A program made the position numbers and the translations under genes. From a virus, in UHGV virus genome UHGV-0088902: 37,236 nt of DNA. The stretch is one strand, 5' to 3'. Shown piece after piece: positions 16,405 to 24,835 of the stretch. The notes below the pieces were generated by a model. That model did no database searches. It saw nothing but the letters and a program-made list of their open reading frames with translations, and was not told the DNA's origin. Within the stretch, counting starts at the first letter, position 1, and each line of letters opens with the position of its first letter.

Positions 16405-16684
16405 AGAGGCGATTGCAGAGGTTGCTGCGAAAGTGTGTGAAGAAACAAGCAAAGAACTGGAAGCTATGAAGCAGCCTGTAGAAAGACTTCATAAGCTGCT
16501 TAATACATGCAAAGATATTTCTGACTTTAACGAAGTCGATGGGTTCAAGTGCTCAAACTGCGGAATCGAGATTACAGATTACTGCAGAATTGAATGTGAT
16601 GAAGACGATGGATCTGAAACATATCATGAATACGTTCCGAAATACTGCCCAAATTGCGGGAGATTCATTAGCCGAGATGAATGA
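16385..16684 (+). CDS. Zinc-ribbon protein
   Basis: CSNCG...YCPNCGR; RBS GGAG before ATG 16385. Confidence 0.75.
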   Translation: MATIKFEEAIAEVAAKVCEETSKELEAMKQPVERLHKLLNTCKDISDFNEVDGFKCSNCGIEITDYCRIECDEDDGSETYHEYVPKYCPNCGRFISRDE

Positions 16685-16925
16685 TATGTGGAAAATGTTT
16701 GAAAAAGGTCAAAGATCAGCAAATCCTTATGCATTAGAGGAACATGTAAATGAATTGATCCATATGACCAAGCAAAAGACTGCAGGGCAAAACAGAAGTG
16801 ACAACAGAAAAGATATTCCGTTTGAGCTTTTAGACTTGATTAAATGGTCAATCATATGTGAAGCGTGCTATCTGGTGCTGGATGAACGATGGGAACAGGT
16901 TAAGGAGATATTCAAAGACGAATGA
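16677..16925 (+). CDS. Hypothetical protein
   Basis: Likely start at ATG 16677 (MNDMWKMF), overlapping the previous stop. Confidence 0.6.
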   Translation: MNDMWKMFEKGQRSANPYALEEHVNELIHMTKQKTAGQNRSDNRKDIPFELLDLIKWSIICEACYLVLDERWEQVKEIFKDE

Positions 16926-17107
16926 AAAGTTTAAATGAACTGATAGGACAGATTATTTATCTGATGATCGTACACTACAAAATAACAATCGCTGTATTAT
17001 TTGCAGCACTTGTCATCGGATATACGCTTGTTGGGATTGGGTACTATCGAGAAATCAATGAATGGAAGGAATGGCATAAGTGGAGAGAAAGTTATGAGCG
17101 CCATTAA
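16922..17107 (+). CDS. Small membrane protein
   Basis: Hydrophobic ITIAVLFAALVIGYTLVGIGY; RBS AAGGAG. Confidence 0.6.
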   Translation: MKSLNELIGQIIYLMIVHYKITIAVLFAALVIGYTLVGIGYYREINEWKEWHKWRESYERH

Positions 17108-17300
17108 AAAAAACAACAATAGAATTATCTGCATGTTTAGACTGGATCTTTCATGTAAAGAAGTAGTCATTACAATTACACGTGTTGAGAAATGTTATAA
17201 GCTAACACGTGTGATTGATACAGATGTCTATGAACAGTATTACCCAAGGTTTTCACAGGCATACAGCGTGATGATGAAAATGATTGAAGATTTAAAGTAA
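17094..17300 (+). CDS. Hypothetical protein
   Basis: RBS GGAG, ATG 17094 (MSAIKKNNNRII). Confidence 0.6.
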   Translation: MSAIKKNNNRIICMFRLDLSCKEVVITITRVEKCYKLTRVIDTDVYEQYYPRFSQAYSVMMKMIEDLK

Positions 17301-17317
17301 TAGAAGGAGAAAAGAAC

Positions 17318-17605
17318 ATGAGTGGTGGAAGTCTTAACTTTTTAGCATCAACTATGTGTGATTCTTTATTTGGCTATAAAACGGATAGAGATTATGAAAT
17401 GATTTGCAATAATGCCAACGCTAGAATCGCAAGAAGTTTGAATCCAATGCATGACAGAGAACTGTCTGAACTTATGGCGGATGTGATATGTCTATTGCAC
17501 GCTTTAGAGTGGTACGATTCGTGCGATATCGGAGAAGAAAAATATAAAGAGTGCGTTAACAAATTCAAAGCAAAGTGGTTGAAGAAGGTAAAAAATGAGG
17601 ACTAG
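17318..17605 (+). CDS. Hypothetical phage protein
   Basis: RBS AAGGAG; MSGGSLNF...LHALEWYDSCD. Confidence 0.75.
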   Translation: MSGGSLNFLASTMCDSLFGYKTDRDYEMICNNANARIARSLNPMHDRELSELMADVICLLHALEWYDSCDIGEEKYKECVNKFKAKWLKKVKNED

Positions 17606-17611
17606 AAAAAT

Positions 17612-17841
17612 GCGTTTTGGCTTCACGAGAAAATGACGTTTTGACTTCACAAAATAGTGTTTTGGCTTCACAAAAAAAGTATAAATATGAATATGAATAT
17701 GAATAGTAATACAAATAGTAATGCGAATAGCCATGCTTTGGGTGGTTCAAAATCTGAAAAGGGCGTTTTGGCTTCACGAGAAAATGACGTTTTGGCTTCA
17801 CAAAAAAAGTATAAATATGAATATGAATATGAATATGAATA
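17612..17841 (+). repeat. Orphan iteron-like cluster: 5 x GTTTTGRCTTCAC plus two (AATATG)n tracts
   Basis: Copies at 17614, 17638, 17659, 17765 and 17789; duplicated blocks 17612-17643/17763-17794 and 17659-17705/17789-17835. Confidence 0.85.
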
Positions 17842-18230
17842 GCTTAACGAGCTATGACTTAAAGGCTTTCCTGGGATTGCAAAAAGAGATTTCGGACATC
17901 GAGAGGGCGATTAACGCTGCATACTATCCAGTAAAAAGTCCGAGCGTGAGTAGTGGTCTGTCATCTGTTCCGAGTGATCCCACAAGTTCGGCGCTTTACA
18001 GAATAGACAAGTACAAAAAGCAAAAAGAAGAAAAAGAAAAAAACCTGTATGAACTACAGGAAAAAATCGAAAATGAACTGATTTTATTAGATCCATTGAC
18101 AGCTGCTGTTCTAGAACTCCATTTTTTAAAAGGCTTAACCTGGAACGAAACAAATATCCAACTGTACAAAAAAAGTGGCGACGCTGCACGGAAAATTTAT
18201 AAAGAATGGAAAAAAGAAAAAGCGGAATAA
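17817..18230 (+). CDS. RinA/ArpU-type late transcriptional activator (start uncertain within the ATGAAT repeat)
   Basis: VKSPSV...DPTS, coiled coil, then LDPLTAAVLELHFLKGLTWNE (sigma region-4-like); last gene of the early operon. Confidence 0.75.
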   Translation: MNMNMNMNSLTSYDLKAFLGLQKEISDIERAINAAYYPVKSPSVSSGLSSVPSDPTSSALYRIDKYKKQKEEKEKNLYELQEKIENELILLDPLTAAVLELHFLKGLTWNETNIQLYKKSGDAARKIYKEWKKEKAE

Positions 18231-18242
18231 ACCGCTTTTTTT
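18216..18242. terminator. Bidirectional terminator between convergent genes
   Basis: AAAAAGCGG-aataaa-CCGCTTTTTTT. Confidence 0.75.
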
Positions 18243-18636
18243 AATCTAATTCAATAGCGTAATAGTCACCTGTTGAACACATTGTATATGCTTCTTCTTC
18301 TTCATCCCAATCTTGCAAGTAATACTTACAGTATAGCTTGACGTGTTTCCCACTTCTAATTTCAGCTTCAATATAGCAATTTACTTCATGGTCATCATCC
18401 GAGCCAAATTCATCATGAATTTTTTTGAAAGTGTCTGAATTACATTCATAGATTCCATCTACTTCAGCATAGATATCACATGATGTATTCAAATCACAAA
18501 TTCTTTCAACAACTTCTGAAGGATTGCGATAGTTTCTTTGAAATTTAGTTCCACCAAAGTATTTCAGCTCTTTAATAAACTGTCTGAAGTATTCTTCATC
18601 TTGGCGCATTCTTTCAATACTGAATTTGTTTGTCAT
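18241..18636 (-). CDS. Acidic hypothetical protein (131 aa), anti-defence candidate
   Basis: RBS AGAAGGA; 30 D/E versus 16 K/R by my count. Confidence 0.8.
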   Translation of the reverse strand: MTNKFSIERMRQDEEYFRQFIKELKYFGGTKFQRNYRNPSEVVERICDLNTSCDIYAEVDGIYECNSDTFKKIHDEFGSDDDHEVNCYIEAEIRSGKHVKLYCKYYLQDWDEEEEAYTMCSTGDYYAIELD

Positions 18637-18674
18637 CTTTTTTCCTTCTTTCTTTCTTTCTTTTAGTTTAACAC

Positions 18675-18842
18675 TTATTCTAAATTTAAGTAGTCCATCA
18701 TTTCTCGCATTGCTGCGGGGTCATTCTTGATTCTCTCATATTCTTCTAATACTTTCTGTTCTGGATCTTCACCAACTTCACAAGAATCAATAACATCATA
18801 TAGATCTAACTTCTCTAAAATGTACTGATAAACGTCTTTCAT
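18675..18842 (-). CDS. Small acidic protein (55 aa)
   Basis: RBS AAAGGAG; manual translation MKDVYQYILEKLDLYDVIDSCEVGEDPEQKVLEEYERIKNDPAAMREMMDYLNLE. Confidence 0.7.
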   Translation of the reverse strand: MKDVYQYILEKLDLYDVIDSCEVGEDPEQKVLEEYERIKNDPAAMREMMDYLNLE

Positions 18843-18951
18843 TTTGTCTTACTCCTTTCTTCTGGATTCTTTTGATCTGTTCCAACTTTTCAGCGTTGGA
18901 ACTTAATAGCTGTTCATTTAGTTCTTTGAATAACTTTTCAAGTTCATCCAT
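18796..18951 (-). CDS. Small helical protein (51 aa)
   Basis: RBS AAAGGAAG; MDELEKLFKELNEQLLSSNAEKLEQIKRIQKKG...; first ORF after the leftward promoter. Confidence 0.5.
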   Translation of the reverse strand: MDELEKLFKELNEQLLSSNAEKLEQIKRIQKKGVRQNERRLSVHFREVRSI

Positions 18952-18986
18952 GTTTTTTTTCTTCCTTTCTTTGTGTTTCTATAATT

Positions 18987-19144
18987 AGTATATATCGCAC
19001 TATTAAATAGTCAAGTAGATATTTTATAAAAATTTTTAAAACTTAAATTTATGGCATAAATAAGCTAAAAATTAATGCTATTTCTATATTTTAAAATGCA
19101 TTTCTAAAAATTTGTATTGACTATTTAATATATCGCACTATAAT
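18987..19144. promoter_or_regulatory. Divergent sigma70-type promoters with shared operator ATATATCGCACTAT
   Basis: Minus strand: TTGACT(19014-19009)-16-TATACT(18992-18987). Plus strand: TTGACT(19117)-16-TATAAT(19139). Operator at 18990-19003 and 19128-19141. Confidence 0.75.
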
Positions 19145-19177
19145 AATAAGTGTAAAAAGAAAGAAGGAAAAACACAA

Positions 19178-19849
19178 ATGAAAAAGGAATTTACACAAGA
19201 GCAGAAAGACGCATTCAAAGAAAAAGCATTACAAGCTAAAAAGGAAGTAGAAGCAATGGAAGCTGATAACATGGCTATGATGATGGACCCGCAACAATTT
19301 AAGCATTTCCTAGAAGTATCTAGGTTATTTACAGAATACAGCGACTGTAATAAATGGTTAATTTTCATTCAATGTATCAAACGCGGTATGTTACCGCAAA
19401 AGGTCGCTTCATATACAACATGGAAGAAATTGCATCATCAAGTCAAAAAAGGTGAAAAGGCTATCAAGATCTACGCGCCAATCACATATGCAAGATACCA
19501 AAGCGATGAAACGGTCCCGGCAACAATGCAAGATGTACAGGTTATGGAAGAATACGACGAGCATCACAAAGACGTTATAAAGGGTTATAAAGTAGTTTCA
19601 GTGTTTGAGTTAAAACAAACAGAAGGCGATCCATTGAGCATTGTGGAAGTTCCAACGATCACATGGCAACAAGCTATAAAAGAAGCTAAGGCGCTTAAAC
19701 TTCCAAAGCGTTATAATGAAGCATTGCAAGAAGCTATCAAAGCAATGGAAGAAAAAGCAAATACAGAAGCATGTATCAATAGAGAATCAGCAATTGACGT
19801 TGAAACAATGAATCAATACAAACAAACCGGACGAACGTTAGCAGCTTAA
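19178..19849 (+). CDS. ArdC-like N-terminal ssDNA-binding domain protein
   Basis: YSDCNKWLIFIQ...VASYTTWKKLHHQVKKGEKAIKIYAP...VVSVFELKQTEG; no HExxH metalloprotease domain. Confidence 0.8.
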   Translation: MKKEFTQEQKDAFKEKALQAKKEVEAMEADNMAMMMDPQQFKHFLEVSRLFTEYSDCNKWLIFIQCIKRGMLPQKVASYTTWKKLHHQVKKGEKAIKIYAPITYARYQSDETVPATMQDVQVMEEYDEHHKDVIKGYKVVSVFELKQTEGDPLSIVEVPTITWQQAIKEAKALKLPKRYNEALQEAIKAMEEKANTEACINRESAIDVETMNQYKQTGRTLAA

Positions 19850-19878
19850 AGCTAGCGTTTCTTTTTTTTTTTTTTTTT
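19834..19878 (+). terminator. Rho-independent terminator
   Basis: AACGTTAGC-agcttaaa-GCTAGCGTT followed by T17. Confidence 0.7.
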
Positions 19879-19994
19879 ATTTCTATTTGTTAGGTGGTAA
19901 AAGTTGGAACGATCCAACAACGACCGCTTTTTTTGCCTGATTTTTGGGTGCTGCTACAACAAAAAAACGAAAACAAAAACAACCCAGGAGTAAA

Positions 19995-20110
19995 AAACGA
20001 TACCCCCCAGGGGTATACCCGACCAACCCCGGCGGTCGGCTACTCCTCGTGGGTGAGCTTTTATATCCACAGAGGGTTTAGGGGAGAGAGGGGTATACAG
20101 TAGGGGAGAC
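19995..20110. other. Probable cos/packaging-initiation region
   Basis: GC-rich non-coding island (CCCCCCAGGGGTATACCC...GGCTACTCCTCGTGGGTGAGCTTTTATATCC) resembling cos regions of HNH/HK97-type Firmicute phages; exact cut site not identifiable. Confidence 0.55.
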
Positions 20111-20124
20111 AAAAAAACGGATTT

Positions 20125-20346
20125 TCATCCGTTCAATTTCTTAGATATGGTTTCCTGCATATCTTTATAGATAAGTTCTTTGATATAGCCTGATTTGCTT
20201 TCTTTCGTTTCCAAGTATGAAATGAGTTCTGCATCGGTGTTCTTGTTGAATATCAGAGAAACTTTTTTTGTGTGCTCTTTCTGATATCTTGCGATGTAAT
20301 CAATTTTTCTTTTTTTAGCTTCTTCTTCCGTATATTTCTTTTCCAT
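20125..20346 (-). CDS. Ribbon-helix-helix (Arc-like) regulator
   Basis: KKVSLIFN strand, DAELISYL helix, SKSGYIKELI helix; own promoter TTTACT-17-TATAAT at 20395-20367. Confidence 0.75.
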   Translation of the reverse strand: MEKKYTEEEAKKRKIDYIARYQKEHTKKVSLIFNKNTDAELISYLETKESKSGYIKELIYKDMQETISKKLNG

Positions 20347-20404
20347 ATTTTTTCTTCCTTTTATATATTATATACCTCACTATAAAAATAGTAAACAAAA
20401 ATTT

Positions 20405-20468
20405 GTCCGTTAAAAACCCCAAGTGTCCACAAAGTCCAGCTCAGTCCATTTGAATAGTGTGCTAGTAT
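20405..20468 (+). promoter_or_regulatory. Putative activator-dependent late promoter
   Basis: GTCC direct repeats at 20405, 20425, 20434 and 20444, followed by extended -10 TGcTAGTAT (20460-20468), upstream of HNH/terminase. Confidence 0.55.
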
Positions 20469-20513
20469 TACAGTGCAGAACAATGAAAGAACAACATTGT
20501 TCTATTTTTTTGT

Positions 20514-20909
20514 ATGGATAAAAAAGATAAATTCTATAAGAGTGCAAGATGGCAGAGAATACGAAAGAGCGTGTTGGCAAGGGATTTGTACACTGACCAA
20601 GTTAGAGCTAGGTATTCTCCTGTTGTTGTTGATGCCAGAATGGTACACCACATTTTCCCAAGAGATCTGTTTCCACAATGGCAGTGGGAGAAATGGAACT
20701 TGATATCAGTCTCACGTGAAACGCACGAGAAGCTACACAACAAGACGTGGCGAGGAACATGCTTGACACACGAAGGAATAGAGTTGGCACGAAGAACAGC
20801 GGCTAAAAACAATATTGATTTCGATGCGCCATATGCACTGATAAAAGCACAGGTGGATGATGTGGAAAGAAAAACACAGTTCCACCATTTTAAAAAGAAG
20901 AAATATTGA
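20514..20909 (+). CDS. Phage HNH endonuclease (terminase cofactor, HK97 gp74-like)
   Basis: FYKSARWQRIRKSVLARD...VHHIFP...NLISVSRETHEKLH. Confidence 0.88.
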   Translation: MDKKDKFYKSARWQRIRKSVLARDLYTDQVRARYSPVVVDARMVHHIFPRDLFPQWQWEKWNLISVSRETHEKLHNKTWRGTCLTHEGIELARRTAAKNNIDFDAPYALIKAQVDDVERKTQFHHFKKKKY

Positions 20910-20923
20910 AAGGGGGTTAAAGA

Positions 20924-21283
20924 ATGGCAACTGCGACAAAGTGGAAAAAGAAAATCAAACAAGCGTGCGTTGACGCAGGAACATACGAGCCATTCTTTGA
21001 TTCTACGATAGAGACACTTGCAAAGAAGCTCGAAGATAGAGACAGAGCAAGAAAGCAGTATGAAGATGAAGGCTCAAAGCCTGTTATGGAGTACACCAAC
21101 AAAGGTGGTTCAACTAACCTTGTTAGAAATCCATTGCTGACGATTATCAACGAATTAGACAGAGATTCACTTCAATACTGGCGAGACCTTGGTTTAACTC
21201 CTGCAGGTTTCAAGAAAGTAAACGAGAAATCCACAACGATCAAGAAACAGACTTCTTTGAGTGAAATATTATCCGACTTGTAA
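20924..21283 (+). CDS. terS: Terminase small subunit (P27-like)
   Basis: [14 protein letters not shown]...LGLTPAG. Confidence 0.88.
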   Translation: MATATKWKKKIKQACVDAGTYEPFFDSTIETLAKKLEDRDRARKQYEDEGSKPVMEYTNKGGSTNLVRNPLLTIINELDRDSLQYWRDLGLTPAGFKKVNEKSTTIKKQTSLSEILSDL

Positions 21284-23040
21284 TGGCAGGAAAAAGAAAA
21301 GACTATTTAAAAATTGCACAGCAATATGTTGACGATGTTGTTTCAGGAGCAAAGATTGCGAGCAATGAAATTATCAACGCATGTAAAAGATGGAACGCAG
21401 ACTTAAAGAGAAGCGATGTTGAATTGAGAAAGCATGACGCAGAACTAGCCATGACAATCATGGAAAAAGTTCTAGTACACAAGCAAGGCGAAGATCTAGA
21501 CGGAAATCCTTTGCAGGGAAAACCTTTTATCTTACAACCATTCCAAGTATTCATTATCTACAACTTGTTAGGGTTCTACTATACAGACAAAGAGAATGAG
21601 CGCAGATATAAAGAAGCAATCATTATCATTGCAAGAAAGAATGGCAAAACAAGTTTGATTGCTGCGCTTGCCTTTGCGGTTTCTATTATTCAGAGACACA
21701 GTGGTTCAACATGCTATATCGTTGCGGCTGCACTGAAACAGGCAATGGAAGCGTTCGACTTCTTGGAGTTCAATTTCAGATTCAGAGGATTAGACAAAGA
21801 TCCTAATTGCAGAATTGCAAACAACTCTTTTGAACACAGTATTTCTTACAAGTTCTACAAATCAGACGGAACACCTGATGGAAGTATCAAGATTGTTGCA
21901 ATGCCAAGTAATCCAGATAAACAGGATTCTTTTAACTGTAACTTTGCAATTGCTGATGAAGTAGCAGCTTACAAAGCACCTGCACAGTACAACAGATTCA
22001 AAGAAGCAATGAAAGCATACACAAATAAGCTGATGATTGGTATTACCACAGCAGGCGATGATATGAACTCTTTCGGTTATCGAAGAATGGAGCTTGGAGA
22101 AAAAATCGTAAATGGTGTAGTCAAGAATGATTCAATGTTCGTATTTATTGCAAAAGCAGACGAAGCAAAGAATGGAGATGTTGACTATACAAATCCGATT
22201 CAGATTCAAAAAGCCAATCCGGGGTATGGGGTAACTATTCGACCAGCCGATATTCTGCAAGAAGCATTAGACGCACAAAACGATCCACAACAAAGAAAAG
22301 ATTTTCTGTCACGTTCTTTGAATATATACACTTCCGCAATGAAAGCATGGTTCGACATTGTGGAGTTTCAACAGAGTGACAGGAAATATTCGTGGACACT
22401 TGATGAACTTGCAAAGATGCCAATCAAGTGGTTTGGCGGTGTGGACTTGTCAAGAATGTATGACTTGACTGCGTGTGCATTGTTCGGACATTACGACAAG
22501 GAAGATGTGGATATTGTTATTACACACGGTTTCTTTCCGATTGTACAGGCAACAAGAAAAGCCGAGGAAGATTCCATTCCGTTATTCGGCTGGAAGGAAG
22601 ATGGATGGCTGACAATGTGCAATTCTCCAACTGTCAACGTTTCAGACCCAGTTAACTGGTTTCTTGAAATGAAGAAGAAAGGTTTCAAGATTGTACAGAT
22701 TGGACAGGATAGAAAGTTTGCAAGAGAGTTCTACATGGAGGCAACAGCGCACAGACTGAATGTTGTAGACCAGCCACAGTATTACTATGTGAAATCCGAA
22801 GGATTCAGACATATAGAAAAGTCCGTAAAGGATGGCAAGTTTTATTACTTGCATTCAGATGCCTATGAATACTGCGTCAGCAATGTTCAGGCAATCGAGA
22901 AAACAGACGACATGGTGCAGTATCAGAAGATGAACGACAAGTCACGTATGGACTTGTTTGATGCTTCTGTTTTCGCTTGTGTCAGATATTTGAACAACTT
23001 AGAGAAAAATAAGAAGGCTTCAGACTGGTGGGGAGATTAA
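21283..23040 (+). CDS. terL: Terminase large subunit
   Basis: ARKNGKT Walker A, IADE Walker B, ITTAG, GGVDLS nuclease motif. Confidence 0.95.
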   Translation: MAGKRKDYLKIAQQYVDDVVSGAKIASNEIINACKRWNADLKRSDVELRKHDAELAMTIMEKVLVHKQGEDLDGNPLQGKPFILQPFQVFIIYNLLGFYYTDKENERRYKEAIIIIARKNGKTSLIAALAFAVSIIQRHSGSTCYIVAAALKQAMEAFDFLEFNFRFRGLDKDPNCRIANNSFEHSISYKFYKSDGTPDGSIKIVAMPSNPDKQDSFNCNFAIADEVAAYKAPAQYNRFKEAMKAYTNKLMIGITTAGDDMNSFGYRRMELGEKIVNGVVKNDSMFVFIAKADEAKNGDVDYTNPIQIQKANPGYGVTIRPADILQEALDAQNDPQQRKDFLSRSLNIYTSAMKAWFDIVEFQQSDRKYSWTLDELAKMPIKWFGGVDLSRMYDLTACALFGHYDKEDVDIVITHGFFPIVQATRKAEEDSIPLFGWKEDGWLTMCNSPTVNVSDPVNWFLEMKKKGFKIVQIGQDRKFAREFYMEATAHRLNVVDQPQYYYVKSEGFRHIEKSVKDGKFYYLHSDAYEYCVSNVQAIEKTDDMVQYQKMNDKSRMDLFDASVFACVRYLNNLEKNKKASDWWGD

Positions 23041-23043
23041 AGA

Positions 23044-24252
23044 ATGAGCAAAAACAAGAAAAGGAAATACAAGCTAAGAGATACTTCCCAAGCAGGGAAG
23101 ACATCGAGCTTTTTATGCAGCCAACAGGCATATGATATGCTTGTTATCAACGGTTATACAAAACTAGATGAGATACCAGCAATCGTATCAGGGTGCAGAA
23201 AGATAGCAGAATTGATAGGTTCTATGACGATTCACTTGATGGCTAATACAAAAGACGGAGATCAGAGAATCGAAAACGAACTGTCACGACAGTTTGACAT
23301 TCATCCTTCAAAGAGAATGAATCGTTCTCAATGGATGGAAATGATTGTTATGAACATGCTTCTGTATGGATCTGGGAATGCGATTGTCAGACCAATAACA
23401 AAGAATGGGTACATTGACGATCTGCAGATTGTACCGACAGGAAGATTCAGTATCAACCAAGATGTGACAGGATACGATTACACGATTTCAATTGACGGTG
23501 TGACGTATAGCCCAGATGATATTCTGCATTTTGTCTACAATCCAGACAAACAGTTTCCATGGAAAGGCAAAGGTATAACATCAAGTCTGAAAGAAGTTGC
23601 CGACTGTCTGAAACAGGCACAAACAACAGAGCACGCATATATGAAATCCAACTGGCGACCGTCACTGATTATCAAGGCAGATGGAATGGTAGACACATTT
23701 GCAACAAAGGAAGGCAGAAAGAAACTGCTTTCAGAGTTTGTAGAAATGGATGATATCGGTTCTCCATGGGTAATTCCTGCAGATCAGATTGATGTGAAAG
23801 AAGTCAGACCGTTATCACTGTCAGATATCGCATTAAACGATTCCGTGGAACTGGATACAAAAAAGGTAGCATCTCTTCTAGGAGTACCACCTTTTGTTCT
23901 AGGAGTTGGAACATACAATCAGAAAGAATGGAATAACTTTGTTCAGCAGAAGATCAGACCACTTGCAATCAGTATTCAGCAGGAAATGACACGAAAGCTA
24001 ATTTACAAGAAGGAATGGTATTTGAGATTCAACTTTCTTTCATTGCTTGATTACGACATTTCAACAGTTGCTTCTGTCTACACACAGTTGCAGGACAGAG
24101 GAGATGTGAATGGAAACGAAGTAAGAGATAAGATTGGACTTTCTCCAGTTGACGGACTGAATGAATACAAAGTTTTAGAAAACTATATTCCTGTTGATAT
24201 GACAGGAATGCAGAAGAAATTAGTTCAAAGCAAAGGAGCAGAAGATGACTAA
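23044..24252 (+). CDS. Portal protein (HK97 family)
   Basis: MLLYGSGNA, DILHF, LGVPPFVLG, NEVRDKIGLSP. Confidence 0.93.
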   Translation: MSKNKKRKYKLRDTSQAGKTSSFLCSQQAYDMLVINGYTKLDEIPAIVSGCRKIAELIGSMTIHLMANTKDGDQRIENELSRQFDIHPSKRMNRSQWMEMIVMNMLLYGSGNAIVRPITKNGYIDDLQIVPTGRFSINQDVTGYDYTISIDGVTYSPDDILHFVYNPDKQFPWKGKGITSSLKEVADCLKQAQTTEHAYMKSNWRPSLIIKADGMVDTFATKEGRKKLLSEFVEMDDIGSPWVIPADQIDVKEVRPLSLSDIALNDSVELDTKKVASLLGVPPFVLGVGTYNQKEWNNFVQQKIRPLAISIQQEMTRKLIYKKEWYLRFNFLSLLDYDISTVASVYTQLQDRGDVNGNEVRDKIGLSPVDGLNEYKVLENYIPVDMTGMQKKLVQSKGAEDD

Positions 24253-24835
24253 ACGTGAAATGAGAACAATAGATCAGAATTTCCAAGTCAGAGAAGATGA
24301 TGAAGAAATGAAGATTGAAGGTTATTTCTCAGTATTTAACCAGAATTACGATATGGGGTATGGCATGAGTGAAGAAATAGATCCTCATGCATTTGACAAG
24401 ACGCTAGGCGGTGACATTAGAGCACTGATAGACCATAACACAAACTTAGTTCTAGGAAGGACAAAGGCAGGCACACTCACGCTGAGAGTTGACGCTCATG
24501 GCTTGTGGGGTAGCATCTCGATCAATCCGAAAGACCAAGATGCTCGAAACATCTATGAACGTGTAAAGCGTGGAGATGTGAACCAGTGTTCCTTCGGATT
24601 TGAAATCGTTGAAGAGGAAACCGAGTTCCGAGACAACGGTGACATTCACTGGAAAGTAAAGGAAGTGAATCTGTTTGAAGTGTCAGTATGTACATTCCCA
24701 GCGTATGAAACTACGGAAGTATCAGCAAGAAAGGAAGATGCCAAGACAATCCAAAAAAGAAAAACAGAAGCATGGAAACAAAAACTTGCAGATGCTCATG
24801 AGTGGTTGAAGGAAAGGAGCGAACAGAATGCTTAA
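24245..24835 (+). CDS. Prohead protease (HK97 family)
   Basis: IEGYFSVFN, LIDH, QCSFGF, LFEVSVCTFPAY. Confidence 0.93.
   Translation: MTKREMRTIDQNFQVREDDEEMKIEGYFSVFNQNYDMGYGMSEEIDPHAFDKTLGGDIRALIDHNTNLVLGRTKAGTLTLRVDAHGLWGSISINPKDQDARNIYERVKRGDVNQCSFGFEIVEEETEFRDNGDIHWKVKEVNLFEVSVCTFPAYETTEVSARKEDAKTIQKRKTEAWKQKLADAHEWLKERSEQNA

Noticed and set aside
17612..17801. GTTTTGGCTTCAC repeats as a CRISPR or mini-CRISPR array
   Set aside because: Repeats are only 13 bp, intervening sequences are mostly 8-11 nt and partly identical to each other, and there is no cas gene; they fit iterons or duplications better.
19862..19878. T17 run as a phase-variable element
   Set aside because: It directly follows a terminator stem in non-coding DNA, and homopolymer length may be a sequencing artefact.
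19894..20103. 69-aa ORF across the GC-rich island
   Set aside because: No protein-like features; it overlaps the probable cos region.
20514..20909. HNH as a homing endonuclease or intron ORF
   Set aside because: Short gp74-type HNH directly before terS; no interrupted gene or intron structure.
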